Shown: piece after piece, positions 1 through 12,173 of the stretch
How the letters are laid out: every line of letters begins with the position of its first letter
Numbering within the stretch: position 1 is the stretch's first letter
Assembly (NCBI RefSeq): GCF_009914755.1
Contig: NC_060925.1
Length of the DNA: 64,000 bases
Source: the human T2T-CHM13v2.0 reference genome, Homo sapiens
Reading direction: 5' to 3' (one strand)
Program-made: the position numbers and the translations under genes
Notes under the pieces: generated by a model
Databases searched by the model: none
What the model was told of the DNA's origin: nothing
Seen by the model: only the letters and a program-made list of their open reading frames with translations

Positions 1-1855
1 AAGCAGATTTTGAGTGGGATCTATCAGCCTCTAAATTCTGGGATTCCATCAGGAAAACAGAGGTTTCTCCCAAAATGGAATCCACTGTGCCTTTTCTGTT
101 TTTCCCAAAAAGTTTCAGGCCACCAGACATTACCTTGGGTGCATCAAGAGTGGAAAGACAGAGCGGAGGACAGTAATTCAGCCAACAGAAAAATTCTTTT
201 CAAGAAAAACACAATCCAAGAAGAGAAAAACATACGGGCCTTTTAAATATACCTATAACTTGAATATCCACTTTTAATCAAGCTGAGCACTCTTTCAGAA
301 ATTCCTTTGAAATCTTCTGTTACCTGACTTTAGCTAAATCAAGCAGGTAATATTTCTGGCTTTTGAACTTTACTAAAAGTAACATCACAGGTGAAAACAA
401 CAACTCTCAATCAGGTTATAAGTTAACTGTGAGTATTCAAGATATTTTATAAGTGGTGGTAAGCAGCTTTTACTAGATCTAGAAACTTTAAAGGCAATTT
501 AGAGAAAGGAAGATTTCAGAAAGGAAATTAGAGTTGTTCATGGAGGAGGAAGAGATGATTAAAGGTCATACAGCTATTAAATTGAAAGTATTCATCACCC
601 AAGCTAGGATTGAACCTGGGCCACCATTGTAAAATGGCAATGGCTAAAAAAGTCCTGCCACAAGGTTACAGGTTATGCTCAAGACATAAAACAAGATAGA
701 GGCATGCAGCAAAGTTTGTTACTTACCAGTTTATGTGGGTGACTTGAATAGTGAGCTTATGGAGTCCCAGGCCTGGATTCCATTCCAACGTATTCCAACC
801 CGTTCCAAGATGGGTTGTTACCCATGCAGAAAACGGGGGGAATATAAGGTGTCCCTTAGTCTCCTTTCTCCTTTTGAAGTGACCCAGGATGAAGCAAAAG
901 ATTACAGGGGTGTCCCTGTTCTCCTCTTTCCTCCCATCTCCTTTGGGTCCCGGTAACCATCATAGGTGCTGTCCATGGATGAAAGCATGAATTGCACCCA
1001 TGGATGTGGAGGTGCTAGCTGGCAGGAGTAGTCATTTTTACCAGCACAATGCCTCCTCACACTGCTCTTCTGGGTTCCTAGGCCTCCCAGGAGATTCTAC
1101 AGTAGATAAAGTTGGGTGAGACACTTTAATAGAGGGAGTGTTTTAACCCTATTCCTGCCTCCTCTAGTTATGGACCTGGAAAAGCAGTGCATTCCCAGAA
1201 AATTTTATCCATTGACATTTAAATATAAAATCCCCTTTCTGTTTAAATGCCAATGTGGTTGGAAGCAGAACAGGTGTCTCAAAAGAACATATAGATTTAA
1301 TGGCTGTCCTCCTTCTGATGGAAACAGCACTAAGGCTAGAATTTGTCTCTCAAGGGTGGCTTCCTCCCAACTGTTGAATGCGGAGTTTTTTTCCTTAGAA
1401 ATGGGGCATAGGGTCTGCTTGCTGTTAGAGGAACACAAAAGAGGAAGAAATCTGGGCATTAGAATTTTTTGGCGAACGGCCACCAAGAATTTTTACGGAG
1501 AAAAATAGCCTATCTCATGAAGTGGTGCTGTAGGGTCTGAAAAGTTATGTAAAATCTGTGACTCTAAATTTTTTCCAGGAAGAAGTTAGAAAGAGAGGTT
1601 TGGGGTTTAACAGGCTGTCACTGTATATGCCTCCCAGCAGTAGAAAATTAACTTGTCTCATTAATAAACTGTTCAAATTCATTCAGCAGTGCTGAGCTTT
1701 TACATGAAGGAAAAGCAACTGAAATGGAGAGGGATGAGGGTATTCACTTGGGGTGAAATATCTTCTCATAGAGTGCCATGAATGACTGCTATTGCGGGAC
1801 AAGAAGCACTTACTAGGTGAAGGTTTAGACTGAAATCTTGAAATCCCCTGGTATT
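1..1855 (-). mobile_element. Degenerate ERV1 (MER4-group-like) internal sequence; amylase 3'-flank paralogue
   Basis: Continuous with the MER4A-like LTR piece at 1856-2019. Collinear at about 90% with 38751-41017, the sequence starting about 1.1 kb 3' of the AMY1 stop codon. Subfamily assigned by recognition only. Confidence 0.6.
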
Positions 1856-2019
1856 TTGTGTGTCTGATTACCTTTCCAAAGGAATAAAATCAGATATGTA
1901 TCCATCTCAGTGAGCAGAGGGGTGACTTTGAGTAGAATGGGAGGAAGGTTTGTTCTAAGTAGTTTCCCGCTTGCATTTTCCCCAGTGATTTCAGGGGCCC
2001 AGTATATTTTCCTTTCACA
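1856..2019 (-). mobile_element. MER4A-like LTR, 5' portion
   Basis: Minus strand begins TGTGAAAGGAAAATATACTGGGCCCCTGAAATCAC...CCTCCCATTCTACTCAAAGTCACCCCTCTGCTCACTGAGAT, resembling the MER4A LTR start; truncated. Confidence 0.7.
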
Positions 2020-2020
2020 C

Positions 2021-3082
2021 ATCTGACAAGGGATTAATAACCAGAATATCTACGGAGCTCAAACAACTCTAGAGGGAAAAAAAATCTAATAATTGCATCA
2101 AAAAGTGAGCAAAAGATTTGAATAGACATTTCTCAAAAGCAGACAGACATATGGTAAACAAGCATATGAAAATGTGCTCAACATCATTGATCAGAGAAAT
2201 ACAAATAAAAACTACAATGAGATATTATCTCACCCCAGTTAAAATGGCTTTTATTTAAAAAACAGACAATAACAAATGCTGGTGAGGAGGTGGAGAAAAG
2301 GGAACCATCATACACTTTTTGTGGTTATGTAAATTAGTACAGCTGCTATGGAAAACAATTTGGAGGTTCATCAAAAAACTAAAAATAGAGCTATGATGTG
2401 ATCCAGGAATCCCACAGCTAGGTATATACCCAAAAGTAAGAAAATCAGTATATTGAAATGATAACTGCACTCCCATGTTTATTCCAGCCCTGTTCACAAT
2501 AGCTAAGACTTGGAAACTACCTAAATGTCCATCAACGTATGAATGGATAAAGAAGATGTGGTACATATATACAATAGAGTACTATTCAGCCATGGAAAAA
2601 TGAGATCCTGTCATTTGCAACAACATAGATGGAACTGAACTGTACATTATTATGTGACGTAAAATAAACCGGCCCAGAAAGACAAACATCACATGTTCTC
2701 ACTTATTTGTGGGAGCAGCAATTCCAAACAATGGAACTCACGGTCATAGAGAGTAGAAAGATGGTTACTAGAGGCTGAGAAGGGTGGATGGGAAGCAAGT
2801 GTGAATGTTCAATGAGTACAAAAAACAGAAGAATGAATAAGACCTAATATTTGACAGCACAACAGGGTGACTATCGTCAATAACAACTTAATTGTACAAT
2901 TTAAAATAACTAAAAGAATATAATTAGATTGTTTGTAACATAAAGGTAAATGCTCGTGGTGATGGATAACCCATTTACCCTGATGCTATTACTACACATT
3001 ATCTGCCTGTATCAAAATATGACATATGTCCTATAAGTATATACACCTCCTAGGTACCAACAACAATTAAAAATTTAAAAAA
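2021..3082 (+). mobile_element. Old L1 (L1MA-type) ORF2 3' end and 3'UTR
   Basis: Typical L1 3' motifs (ATCTGACAAGGGATTAATAACCAGAATAT; GAATGGATAAAGAAGATGTGGTACATATATACAAT; GCACAACAGGGTGACTAT) ending in an A-rich tail. Confidence 0.85.
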
Positions 3083-4244
3083 GTGTATCCTTCCCAGTGA
3101 ACCGAAATATTTTACATTGATCATTTTTACATTATCATAGTGTGTTGGAATAATCATAGCTTTGGAAAGAAAAAAAATAAATGTAAACTTTCAAAGATGG
3201 CAGGAGATATAGATCTCTCTTTCTTTAGTAGATTAAAATATGCAATTTGTTATCAACATTGCACTGACAATTTTTAACACAGGCCATATTCTGGAAATGA
3301 TATGATTATAGGAGTTATAGGAAAAAGCATTTTTTCATACTGTGATTATCTAGGCTATGAGGAAAAGAGATATTTCCTCTATGATGTCTAATTTAGCATA
3401 ATTATTCTTTTTAAACTATATTTAGATTTAATTAAGAGATACACAAACAAATTAATTTTAGTAGTAAGAAGAGTTTTTAAAATGTTTTGTGTAAGATGAC
3501 TATGTAGTAAAGAAGGTTACAAACCTGCTTTTTAACTTAGAAAAATAATCTCACCTTCTTGCCCCATGGAAAATTGAAATGTTATGTGGAACCCAATGTA
3601 CAAAAACTCTCAGTGAGGATTTCTGTCTTAAGTTTCAACGGATTGAGGTGAGACCAGTGCCTGTTCCACCTTTTTCCTCCCTGTCCTAGGTGACTTGATA
3701 ACATTTATACAGCCATAAAATTTTGCTTTTAAATTCAAGTATAGAAAATAAACTTTAAAATGTGATATTTTTATATATTTTACCTTAATAATTTATATGG
3801 GAAATATTTTTGAAAGATTAAAAAATTAAAATTTTTAAAAGAGTATAGTGAAATAATCTAATCACATGTGGAAATTGTGTTACTATTTCCCCAAGCATTT
3901 TTTGTACATGTAATTGAAAATGAGTTGAATGTAACTCATAAGTAGTATAAAACTGTTTAATATTTAATTTTCTGCTGCAGTAATGTGACATAACAACCTT
4001 AAATTCTTGGTACTTTAAACAAGATATTTTTTTTCTCCCAAATTTCTAGGTTATTTAAGGGCAGTTCTGCTTTATATTGCAGTTTGCCTGGGCTTTACTC
4101 CAGGCTGTGTGTTGAAGTTAGGTCTAATCTATTGTATCCCTACACATCCCACTTAGAAAAGCTAACAAATTTCCTTTGGACTTCAGTCAGTTCGATTGTA
4201 TTTGTCATTCAAAAGCCAAATCATTTATCCTAACACCAACGGCT

Positions 4245-4565
4245 TATTTATTTATTTATTTGTTTGTTTGTTTATTTATGTTTTAGAAGGAGTTTTTCTC
4301 TTGTTGCCCAGGCTGAGGTGCAATGGCGCGATCCTGGCTCACCGCAATGTCCCCTTCCCGGGTCAAGGGATTGTCCTGACTCAGCGTCCTGAGTAGCTGG
4401 GATTACAGGCATGCACCACCATGCCCAGTTAATTTTGTATTTTTAGTAGAGATGGGGTTTCTTCGTGTGGATCATTCTGTTCTAGAACTCCCGACCTCAG
4501 TTGATCCGCCAGCCTCAGGCTCCCAAAGTGCTGGGATTACAGGCGTAAGCCACCGCTCCCAGCCT
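4245..4565 (-). mobile_element. Alu with (TTTA/TTTG)n tail
   Basis: Reverse-complement Alu dimer (CCCAAAGTGCTGGGATTACAGGC; TTTTGTATTTTTAGTAGAGATGGGGTTTC). Confidence 0.92.
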
Positions 4566-5373
4566 AACCGATTGCTTCTTTTGTTCTGTAGTCTTTTGCC
4601 AAAACTGTTATTCTCTGGACTCACTTTCACCTTCTCTCACACATACATGTCCCTCGTGTCCCTTTGTGTCTCCAGGGTCTTCTATTTCCACGTAATCTTA
4701 ATTTTTCATCACATCCTGGACTCATGAGTAATTAATCTGTTATTCTCCCTGAAAGTGCAGCCTTGTTGAATAGAATGTGTTCTTTAAACAGCAGCTTTGT
4801 TTCTCGAGTGAGGTATTAACTTCCAGATTTAGGTGAAAATGAGTTCCAAGTTTTATGTTTCATTGTGTGTCTAAGACTGACACCGTTTATTACCGTGGCA
4901 CTTACAGCTTGCTTTCAATGCCTCCAAATTCTCTATCTGAAAGGCTGGGTACCATATCTCATGTCTGAACATAGTCCTCAGAATCATGCAGTACCAGCTA
5001 TGTTCCTTCTGTATATTATGGCTTCCGAGGTGCCTGTTAAGCAGCCAGGTGAAATTGCCTTTTAATCAATATAGGAACCAGTCTCTTTCCTGGTGATGCT
5101 AATGCTTTTTATAAAAAGGCCATGCTGTATTGAAGTTCTTCTTTCAGGACAAAACCACTAATGGAACTCATCTACCTACTGATGGGTGGAAGCTCTTGGT
5201 ATGCCAAAGTCTTGTTTTGTTTGTGAAGAATCTCTTTCCCTCAACAGTGATGTGCTACGTTAGGTCTCAAATCATTGTTGCGTTTTAATCTAAATTTATG
5301 ACAAAGATTTTCAGTTTCTATGCATAATTTCCTTCTCTGGCCTTAACCATCAGTCTGTGGACTTGCCAAGCAT

Positions 5374-5400
5374 CAACAACAACAACAACAACAACAACAA
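5374..5400. repeat. (CAA)n microsatellite
   Basis: Directly visible; an interrupted paralogue lies at about 53531-53553. Confidence 0.9.
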
Positions 5401-5921
5401 GTCTGAGGTCAAGAGGCAATATTTAGATCTCAGAATCATTTCTTGTCATTTATCCTTTGATAAAGTTTTGCCTTTCTTTCTTTATGAGTATATTTCCTCT
5501 CATGGTTTCCCAATCTCTTGAGAAAAAGAAAGTTCTTGCCTCTTGCAGTCTTTCTCATTAGTTGAATTATACCAGCAGTTCAGCTTCTGATCCTGTCGAG
5601 AAATCCACCATGAAGAAATAAAACATTTCTGATTACATGGATTACGTTTCCTGGATTCTTATAGGCATTAAACTTAGTTCTAGGATACAACCGCATGATC
5701 TTCTCTTATTCTCAGAACAAGAAATATATTACTATATACATTACAGTTTGTATATATTGCAGTTTATATAGAGTATATGTATATGTACTGTATATATATA
5801 TGTACACATATATATAACAGTAAACCCTGTAGGCAAGCAGGAAAACTTCAGAATTCTCAATGAATCCATCATTAGCTGTTAGTAATGACAACACTATTAG
5901 AAGTATTTCAATAATCAAACA

Positions 5922-6228
5922 TTGTTGTGGTCTGTATGTGCACCCCCAAAAGTAATATCTTGAAATTCTAACACCTGAGGGCATAGTATTTGGAACTTGG
6001 GAGTGGAATTCTTTTTTGTGCTATTATGAATAAGATGCTTGCCTCTTCCATCAAATGAGGACACAGCCACAAGTTACCCTCTAGGAGCTAGGAAGTTAGC
6101 CTTCACCAGACACAAAATCTGCTTGATTTTGAATTTAGTCTCCTGAACTGTGGAAAATAAATTTCTGCTTTTATAAGCCACTCAGTTTATGCTATTTGGT
6201 TATAGTGGCCCAAAGAGAGTAAAAAGAC
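5922..6228 (+). mobile_element. MaLR LTR (MLT1-type)
   Basis: TG...CA ends and the AATAAATTTCTGCTTTTATAAGCCACTCAGTTTATG motif characteristic of MLT1. Confidence 0.75.
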
Positions 6229-7925
6229 ACATTATTTACCTCCTTTGTGGACTCTCTGGAGTTGTTGCTTTAAACTTGCTTTAGTGCCTAACACTGCTCC
6301 AACTCCCTGTCCTTTAGCACACACGGATAAATAATTCTGCTGGGAACTGACATGTTTCACTCAGGCATCCAAATGTATTTATTATGTTGTCAAAATATAT
6401 AGCACTTGTTACAATGTTTCCATGTTAGACATATTTTGAGATATATGCCTTAACACTGTGCTGTGATTATTATTAATATCTAGTAACTAATCTTACCATA
6501 TCTAAACTCAAAGTTTTCACGATAACACTGCCTTATTAGGGACTGAATTTTTTAAAGTATGAAGATCTTACATCAAGTCCAAATTGATTCATCTGATAGT
6601 CTCGCAGTAAAATCAACGCCACAGAATTATCTATTCTGTTTCTTGTCTTGTTGTAGCTGATATTCTGTGATTGGACATATTGCTAATATCTATTAACCTT
6701 AGCATAAAATGTCATATTGAAATTGAAGAGGAATATTGGAACTTGGCTAAGAAAGATTGCTTTTCAGACACAGTGAGAACTAAAATGGACCCTCTGTTCC
6801 TGGAGGTATATTTTACAAAAATTGGGTGCTATTATAGGAATTCTGTACAATTCTATCTTATGCACTTGTGTTCCATCAGTGTCAATCCTCTCTGTATTTT
6901 AAATTGACTATGATTTCTTTTTCCATCTTTCTGTTTGTCAAGTATTCTTTTGCTGAAAATTTGTTATTCATGTTCCAACAGAAAATAGATTTTTTTTCTT
7001 TTAACTCATTGGAAAGAATATTTAGAGTCTTTAGTGACAAATGACATGGTATAAATGAAAAGAAAATACTGACATTGTACTTGAGAAATACTAATTAATT
7101 GGGAGAATATTAATTAAAAGACATTGTTTAAATATTTCTATCACAAATTGACAGCAGAACAATACACACCACCAGCAAGGTATAATAGTAGATATGAGAG
7201 GTAAAATGATTAATTAGATATTGCATTTTCTCCAGAAAACTTATTATTTAGTGGAAACTGGCCAATAATTTCTTAGGCCTTAGGATAATTTTACCTTTGA
7301 TTCTCTAGTTAATCAAAAATATATAAAAATATTAACCAAAAATATATATTTTTAAAATACCTACATAATCTAATGCAGTATGTTTCGCTCTCTTCTTGAA
7401 GTGAATTAAATTCCTTATCACTGACCATAAAATTTAACTACATAGATGATTCTTGTTTAAAATAGTTAAAAGTGAACGTAAAGATCAGTTTTGGTTTTCC
7501 TTTTCTTACCCCCGTTTTTTACACTTATATTTGCCTGTGTCATTCATATACTTTTAGAATCCAAAACAATAATTAAAAACATAATCATTTGGTTTTCAAA
7601 AGCTTTTTGCATCTCTAGAAAGTTAATATAGAGTCTTATAAAACTTTTAGCTAATTCAAAAACAAATCACACATATATAATTGAAGCAAACTTTGTTTGG
7701 TAGACTTCTTCGAACCACAGAAATTTCAGTTATGGCATGGTAGGTCTTTTGAAATGTTTCATTTTTTATATTTGGAGATGCACAACAAAAGTCTTTCCAC
7801 TCCAACTCCCCTTTAATAAAAACAGAATGTAACAAAAATATCAAAATCTGTAGGAAAATAACCCATTCGTCTATGTTAAAGCTATGAGATTTCCAGCCCA
7901 AATAAATTATAAGAACCAGTATAGA

Positions 7926-8230
7926 GGCCGGGCGCGATGGCTCACACTTGTAATCCCAACACTTTTGGGGGCTGAGGCAGGCGGATCAAGAGTTCAGGAG
8001 ATCAGGACCATCCCAGCTAACACGGTGAAACCCCATCTCTACTAAATATACAAAAAAAGTAATTAGCCAGGCACAGTGGCGGGTGCCTGTAGTCCCACTA
8101 CTCAGGAGGCTGAGGCAGGAGAATGGCCTCATCCTGGGAGGTGGAGTTTGCAGTGAGCCGAGATCACACCACTGCACTCCAGCCTGGGAGATAGAGTGAC
8201 ACTCTGTCTCCAAAAAAAAAAAAAAAAAAA
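7926..8230 (+). mobile_element. AluY-like element
   Basis: GGCCGGGCGCGATGGCTCAC start; GACCATCCCAGCTAACACGGTGAAACCCC and GGAGAATGGC resemble AluY; poly-A tail. Confidence 0.93.
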
Positions 8231-11200
8231 GCATGTAGAAATACTAATACAGTGAAATCTGGACTGATATATAAAGAAAATAACCAACAGATTTTGTCTA
8301 TGGCACAAAATTCTTAGAAATTTTGAGATCTTTAGCCTTATAGACCTAACAAAATATTTATTAGTTTGAACAGTGAGGTACTGGGATATGCTGGGCTTTG
8401 AGGCTATACGCAAATCTAATTTTAGAAGTCAGGAACTGTTGTAAGCAATAGCAAAGAATATGTTTGATGATCAGCTTGGCAATTGTTGAACAAGCTTCAT
8501 TCAGCACTGTGAGGATGTAATTAAAGCAGTTGCCCTGCAATCTATTCACTCTCTTCACTGGCGAATGGCCCAGGCATAAGACTAGAAGGAAGATGAACTG
8601 GTTTAGTCTCTTTGTCAGCTGAAATTTTGGTGAAAGAGACTACTGATATTTTTCTAGGATGAAGGGATCTTATCTCTGAAATACCCTTTGCAGGTTATTC
8701 CTGGCTGAAACAAATGCACAGATCCTTTCTTCTTGATCAATTTTGCTGTCGATTCTCATTTTACATTCTTTATTTCATTTATTTTATTCTTTAGCTCCAG
8801 AATTTTTGTTTGGGTTCCATTTTTTCCATCTCTCTGTTGAACTTCTCATTTGGTTTGTGTTTTGTTTTTTTCAAGTTTTAGTTGAATTGCCTATTTGTCC
8901 TCTTGTAACTCATTACTTTCCTTTAAAACAATTATTTGACAGGAAAAACTGCACAAAAATAGAAAAATCTATAAATCACATGACGAAGAATTCAAAATAA
9001 TTATTTTAAAGAATTTCTGAATTTGCAGCAAAAGTTTGCTATAGAGCAACATGAAAGCACAGAAAAGTATGAAACTCATTGATTAAGGTAAATATATAAA
9101 AAATGCAGAACATGCTAATAGTATAATAGTGGTGTGTAAATCTCTTTTATTGCTAGTATGAAGGTTAAAATACCAAAGTAATAATAATTATAGCTACAAT
9201 AATTTGTTAATAGATACAGAATATTAAAAATATATAATGTGACATCAAATATATAAAATATGGTGGGCTGAGTAAAAGTATAGGGTTTTGAATATGATCA
9301 AAGTTATCAGTTTAAAAGAGTTTGCTCCAATTACAAGATAGTATATATAAGCATCATGCTAATCAAAAAGACAAAACCTATGGTAGATACCCAAAAGATA
9401 AAGAGAAATCAAACCATGTCAGTACAGAAAATCATGAAATCTCAAAGAAAGACAGCAAGGGAGAAATAAAGAAACTAATAATATGTTAAAAAGCCAAAAA
9501 ACAATGAACAAAGTGGCAATTGTATGTTCTTACCTATCAATAATTACCTTGAAGGTAAATTCATTCTATTCTACATTCAAAACCCAGAATGGCTGAATGG
9601 ATTACAAAAGAAGACCCATCAATATGCTGCCTACAAGAGACTCACTTCAGCTTCAAGGACACATATGGAGTGAATGTAGGGGATGAGAAAATTTGATATT
9701 CCATGCAAATTAAAACCAGAAAACAGCATGGATAGCTATCCTTATATCAGGCAAAATATACTTTAAGATACAACTGTAGCAAGTGATAAAGATGGTCATT
9801 AAATAATGAAAAAGTGGTGAGTTGATTAAAGGGATGAAACAATTATAAATAAATATGCACTTAACATTGAAGCACCTGAAAATATAAAGCAAACATTAAT
9901 ATCTGGAGGGACAGATACACAGCAATCAATAATATTAGGGAAATAGGTAACCTTATTGATACTGTTGCAATTATCAATACTCCAATTGCAACAATGGATA
10001 GATCATTTAGATAGACAATCTATAAGGAAAAAAAACATTAGACTTGATCTGCACTTTAGACCAAACGGACCTAACAGATGTATGTTCACATTTCATCTAC
10101 AGCTGGAGAACAGGTGTTCTTCTCAAGCTAACAAGAAACATCCTCCAAAATAGAGCATATTTGAAATTACATAATGTCTTAATACATTTAAGAAGATTGA
10201 AGTTGTATCAAGTATCTTTTTTAACCACAATGGTATATAACTAGAAATCAGCAACAGGAGGAAAACTGGAAAATTCAAAAATAAGTGAACATAATGCAAT
10301 CCTTAACAAAAAGTGTTTTAAAAAGGAAATGAAAAGGAAAATAAAAAATCTTGATACAAAAATGAAAACACAATACTCCAAAACTTGTGGCATGCAGTAA
10401 GACCGTGCTAAGAAGAAAATTTGTATGACAAACACCTACATTAAAGAAAAAACATCTCAAATAATCTATCATTAAACCTCAAGGAACTAGATAAAAAGAA
10501 GAGCAAACTAAGCCCAAAGCTAATACAAGAAAGCAAAGAAATATCAAAGCAAAATAAAGAAATAGACAGTAGAAAAATAATAGAAATTGAAAGACTTTCT
10601 GTGTTCATCAATGGGAGAAATCAATACTGTCAAAATGCTATTGGACAAAACAATCTACAGATAAATGTAATCCCTATCAAATGTCCAGCGGCATTTTTCA
10701 CAGAAACAGAAATAAATACTAAAATTTGTATGAAATTACAAAAGACTATAAGTACCTAAAGTGATCTTGTGCAAGAAGAACAAACAGGAGGTACCACACT
10801 TCTCACTTTCAAGTTATATTACAAAACTACAGCAAATTTTATATATACTGACATGAAAACAGTGACATAGAAGAATGGAACAGAATAGAAAGCCTAGAAA
10901 TAAACCTACACCAAGACGGTCAAAAAATCTTCAATAACATGCCCAAAATACCTAATGGAGACAGGATAGTCTCTTCAATAAATAGCGTTTAGAAAAACTG
11001 CAGGCCCACATGCAAAATAATGAAATTTGACAGTTATAATATGCACAGGAATAAATTGAACATTGAAAAGGAATTTAAACTTAACATCTGAAACCAAAGA
11101 ATCCCTAGAAGAAACCAGGGGAAATCCTCCTTAAGATTGACCTTGGCATGATTTTTTGGCTATGAATCTCAAAATATAGACAAGACAAACAAAAATAAAC

Positions 11201-11721
11201 ACATGGAACTACACCAAAGTAAGAGGTTGCTGCACAGTAAAAAAAAAAATAATAATTAATTAATTAATTAATTAATTAAAAAGGTCACCCATGGAATGGT
11301 AGAAAATACTTGAAAACAATATATCTGATAATGGATTAATATCTGAAACAGATAAGAAACTAATAATCAGAAAAAAATCCTGATTAGAACATGAGCAAGA
11401 GACCTGAACAGACTTTTTTCCAAGGTAGACTTGCACATGGCCAACACATGAATGAAGAGGTGCACAAAATCACTAAACAAGTGGGAAATATAAACTGAAA
11501 TGAAAATGAGATGTCACATTACATCTTTTAAAATGGCCAATATAAAAAGCCAAAAGATAGATAGTGTTGACAAGGATGTATCAAAACGAGAATGCTTATA
11601 GAGTTTTGGTGGGAATGTAAATTGGTACAACCATTATGGAATACAGCATGGAGGGTCCTCAAATAATTAAAGACTTACCATATGATGCAGCAATTATACT
11701 TTTAGGTATAAATTTATATAC

Positions 11722-11960
11722 CTGTGGGTGTGTTGGCTCACACCTGTAATTCCAGCACTTTGAGAAGCTGAGGCAGGCAGATTACATGAGGTCAGGAGTT
11801 CAAGACCAGAGTTGCCAACATGGCGAATCCCTGTCTCTACTAAAAACCATAAAAATTAGCCAGGTGTGGTGGTGGGCACCTGTAATCCCAGCTACTTGGG
11901 AGGCTGCGGCATGGAGAATTGTTTGAACCTGGGAAGCAGAGGTTCCAGTGAGCCGAGAAC
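11722..11960 (+). mobile_element. Alu, 3'-truncated
   Basis: GGCTCACACCTGTAATTCCAGCACTTTG...GTGAGCCGAGA then stops; the paralogue at about 46087-46376 keeps its 3' end and tail. Confidence 0.88.
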
Positions 11961-12120
11961 TTGATGCCATTTTATATAATTATCCTTTCACAGACAAAAG
12001 AAATCTAATCACTATCTTGAAGAGATATCTGCATTCCTGTGTTCATTGCAGCATTATTCCCAAAACCCAAAATATGGAAACAACCTAAGTGTTGATAGAT
12101 GAGTAGTATGTGAATTGTGA

Positions 12121-12128
12121 TATCTATC

Positions 12129-12173
<45 letters not shown>
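12121..12173. repeat. (TCTA)n tetranucleotide microsatellite
   Basis: Directly visible; shorter interrupted (GATA)n paralogue at about 45883-45922. Confidence 0.95.

Noticed and set aside
4865-5065. 66-aa ORF conserved at 53859-54059
   Set aside because: GTG start, short, no motif; similarity follows from the high local DNA identity.
7986-8413. ORFs with FFFF/LECSG motifs (also 18350-18613, 19928-20243, 49745-50098)
   Set aside because: Standard antisense Alu translations.
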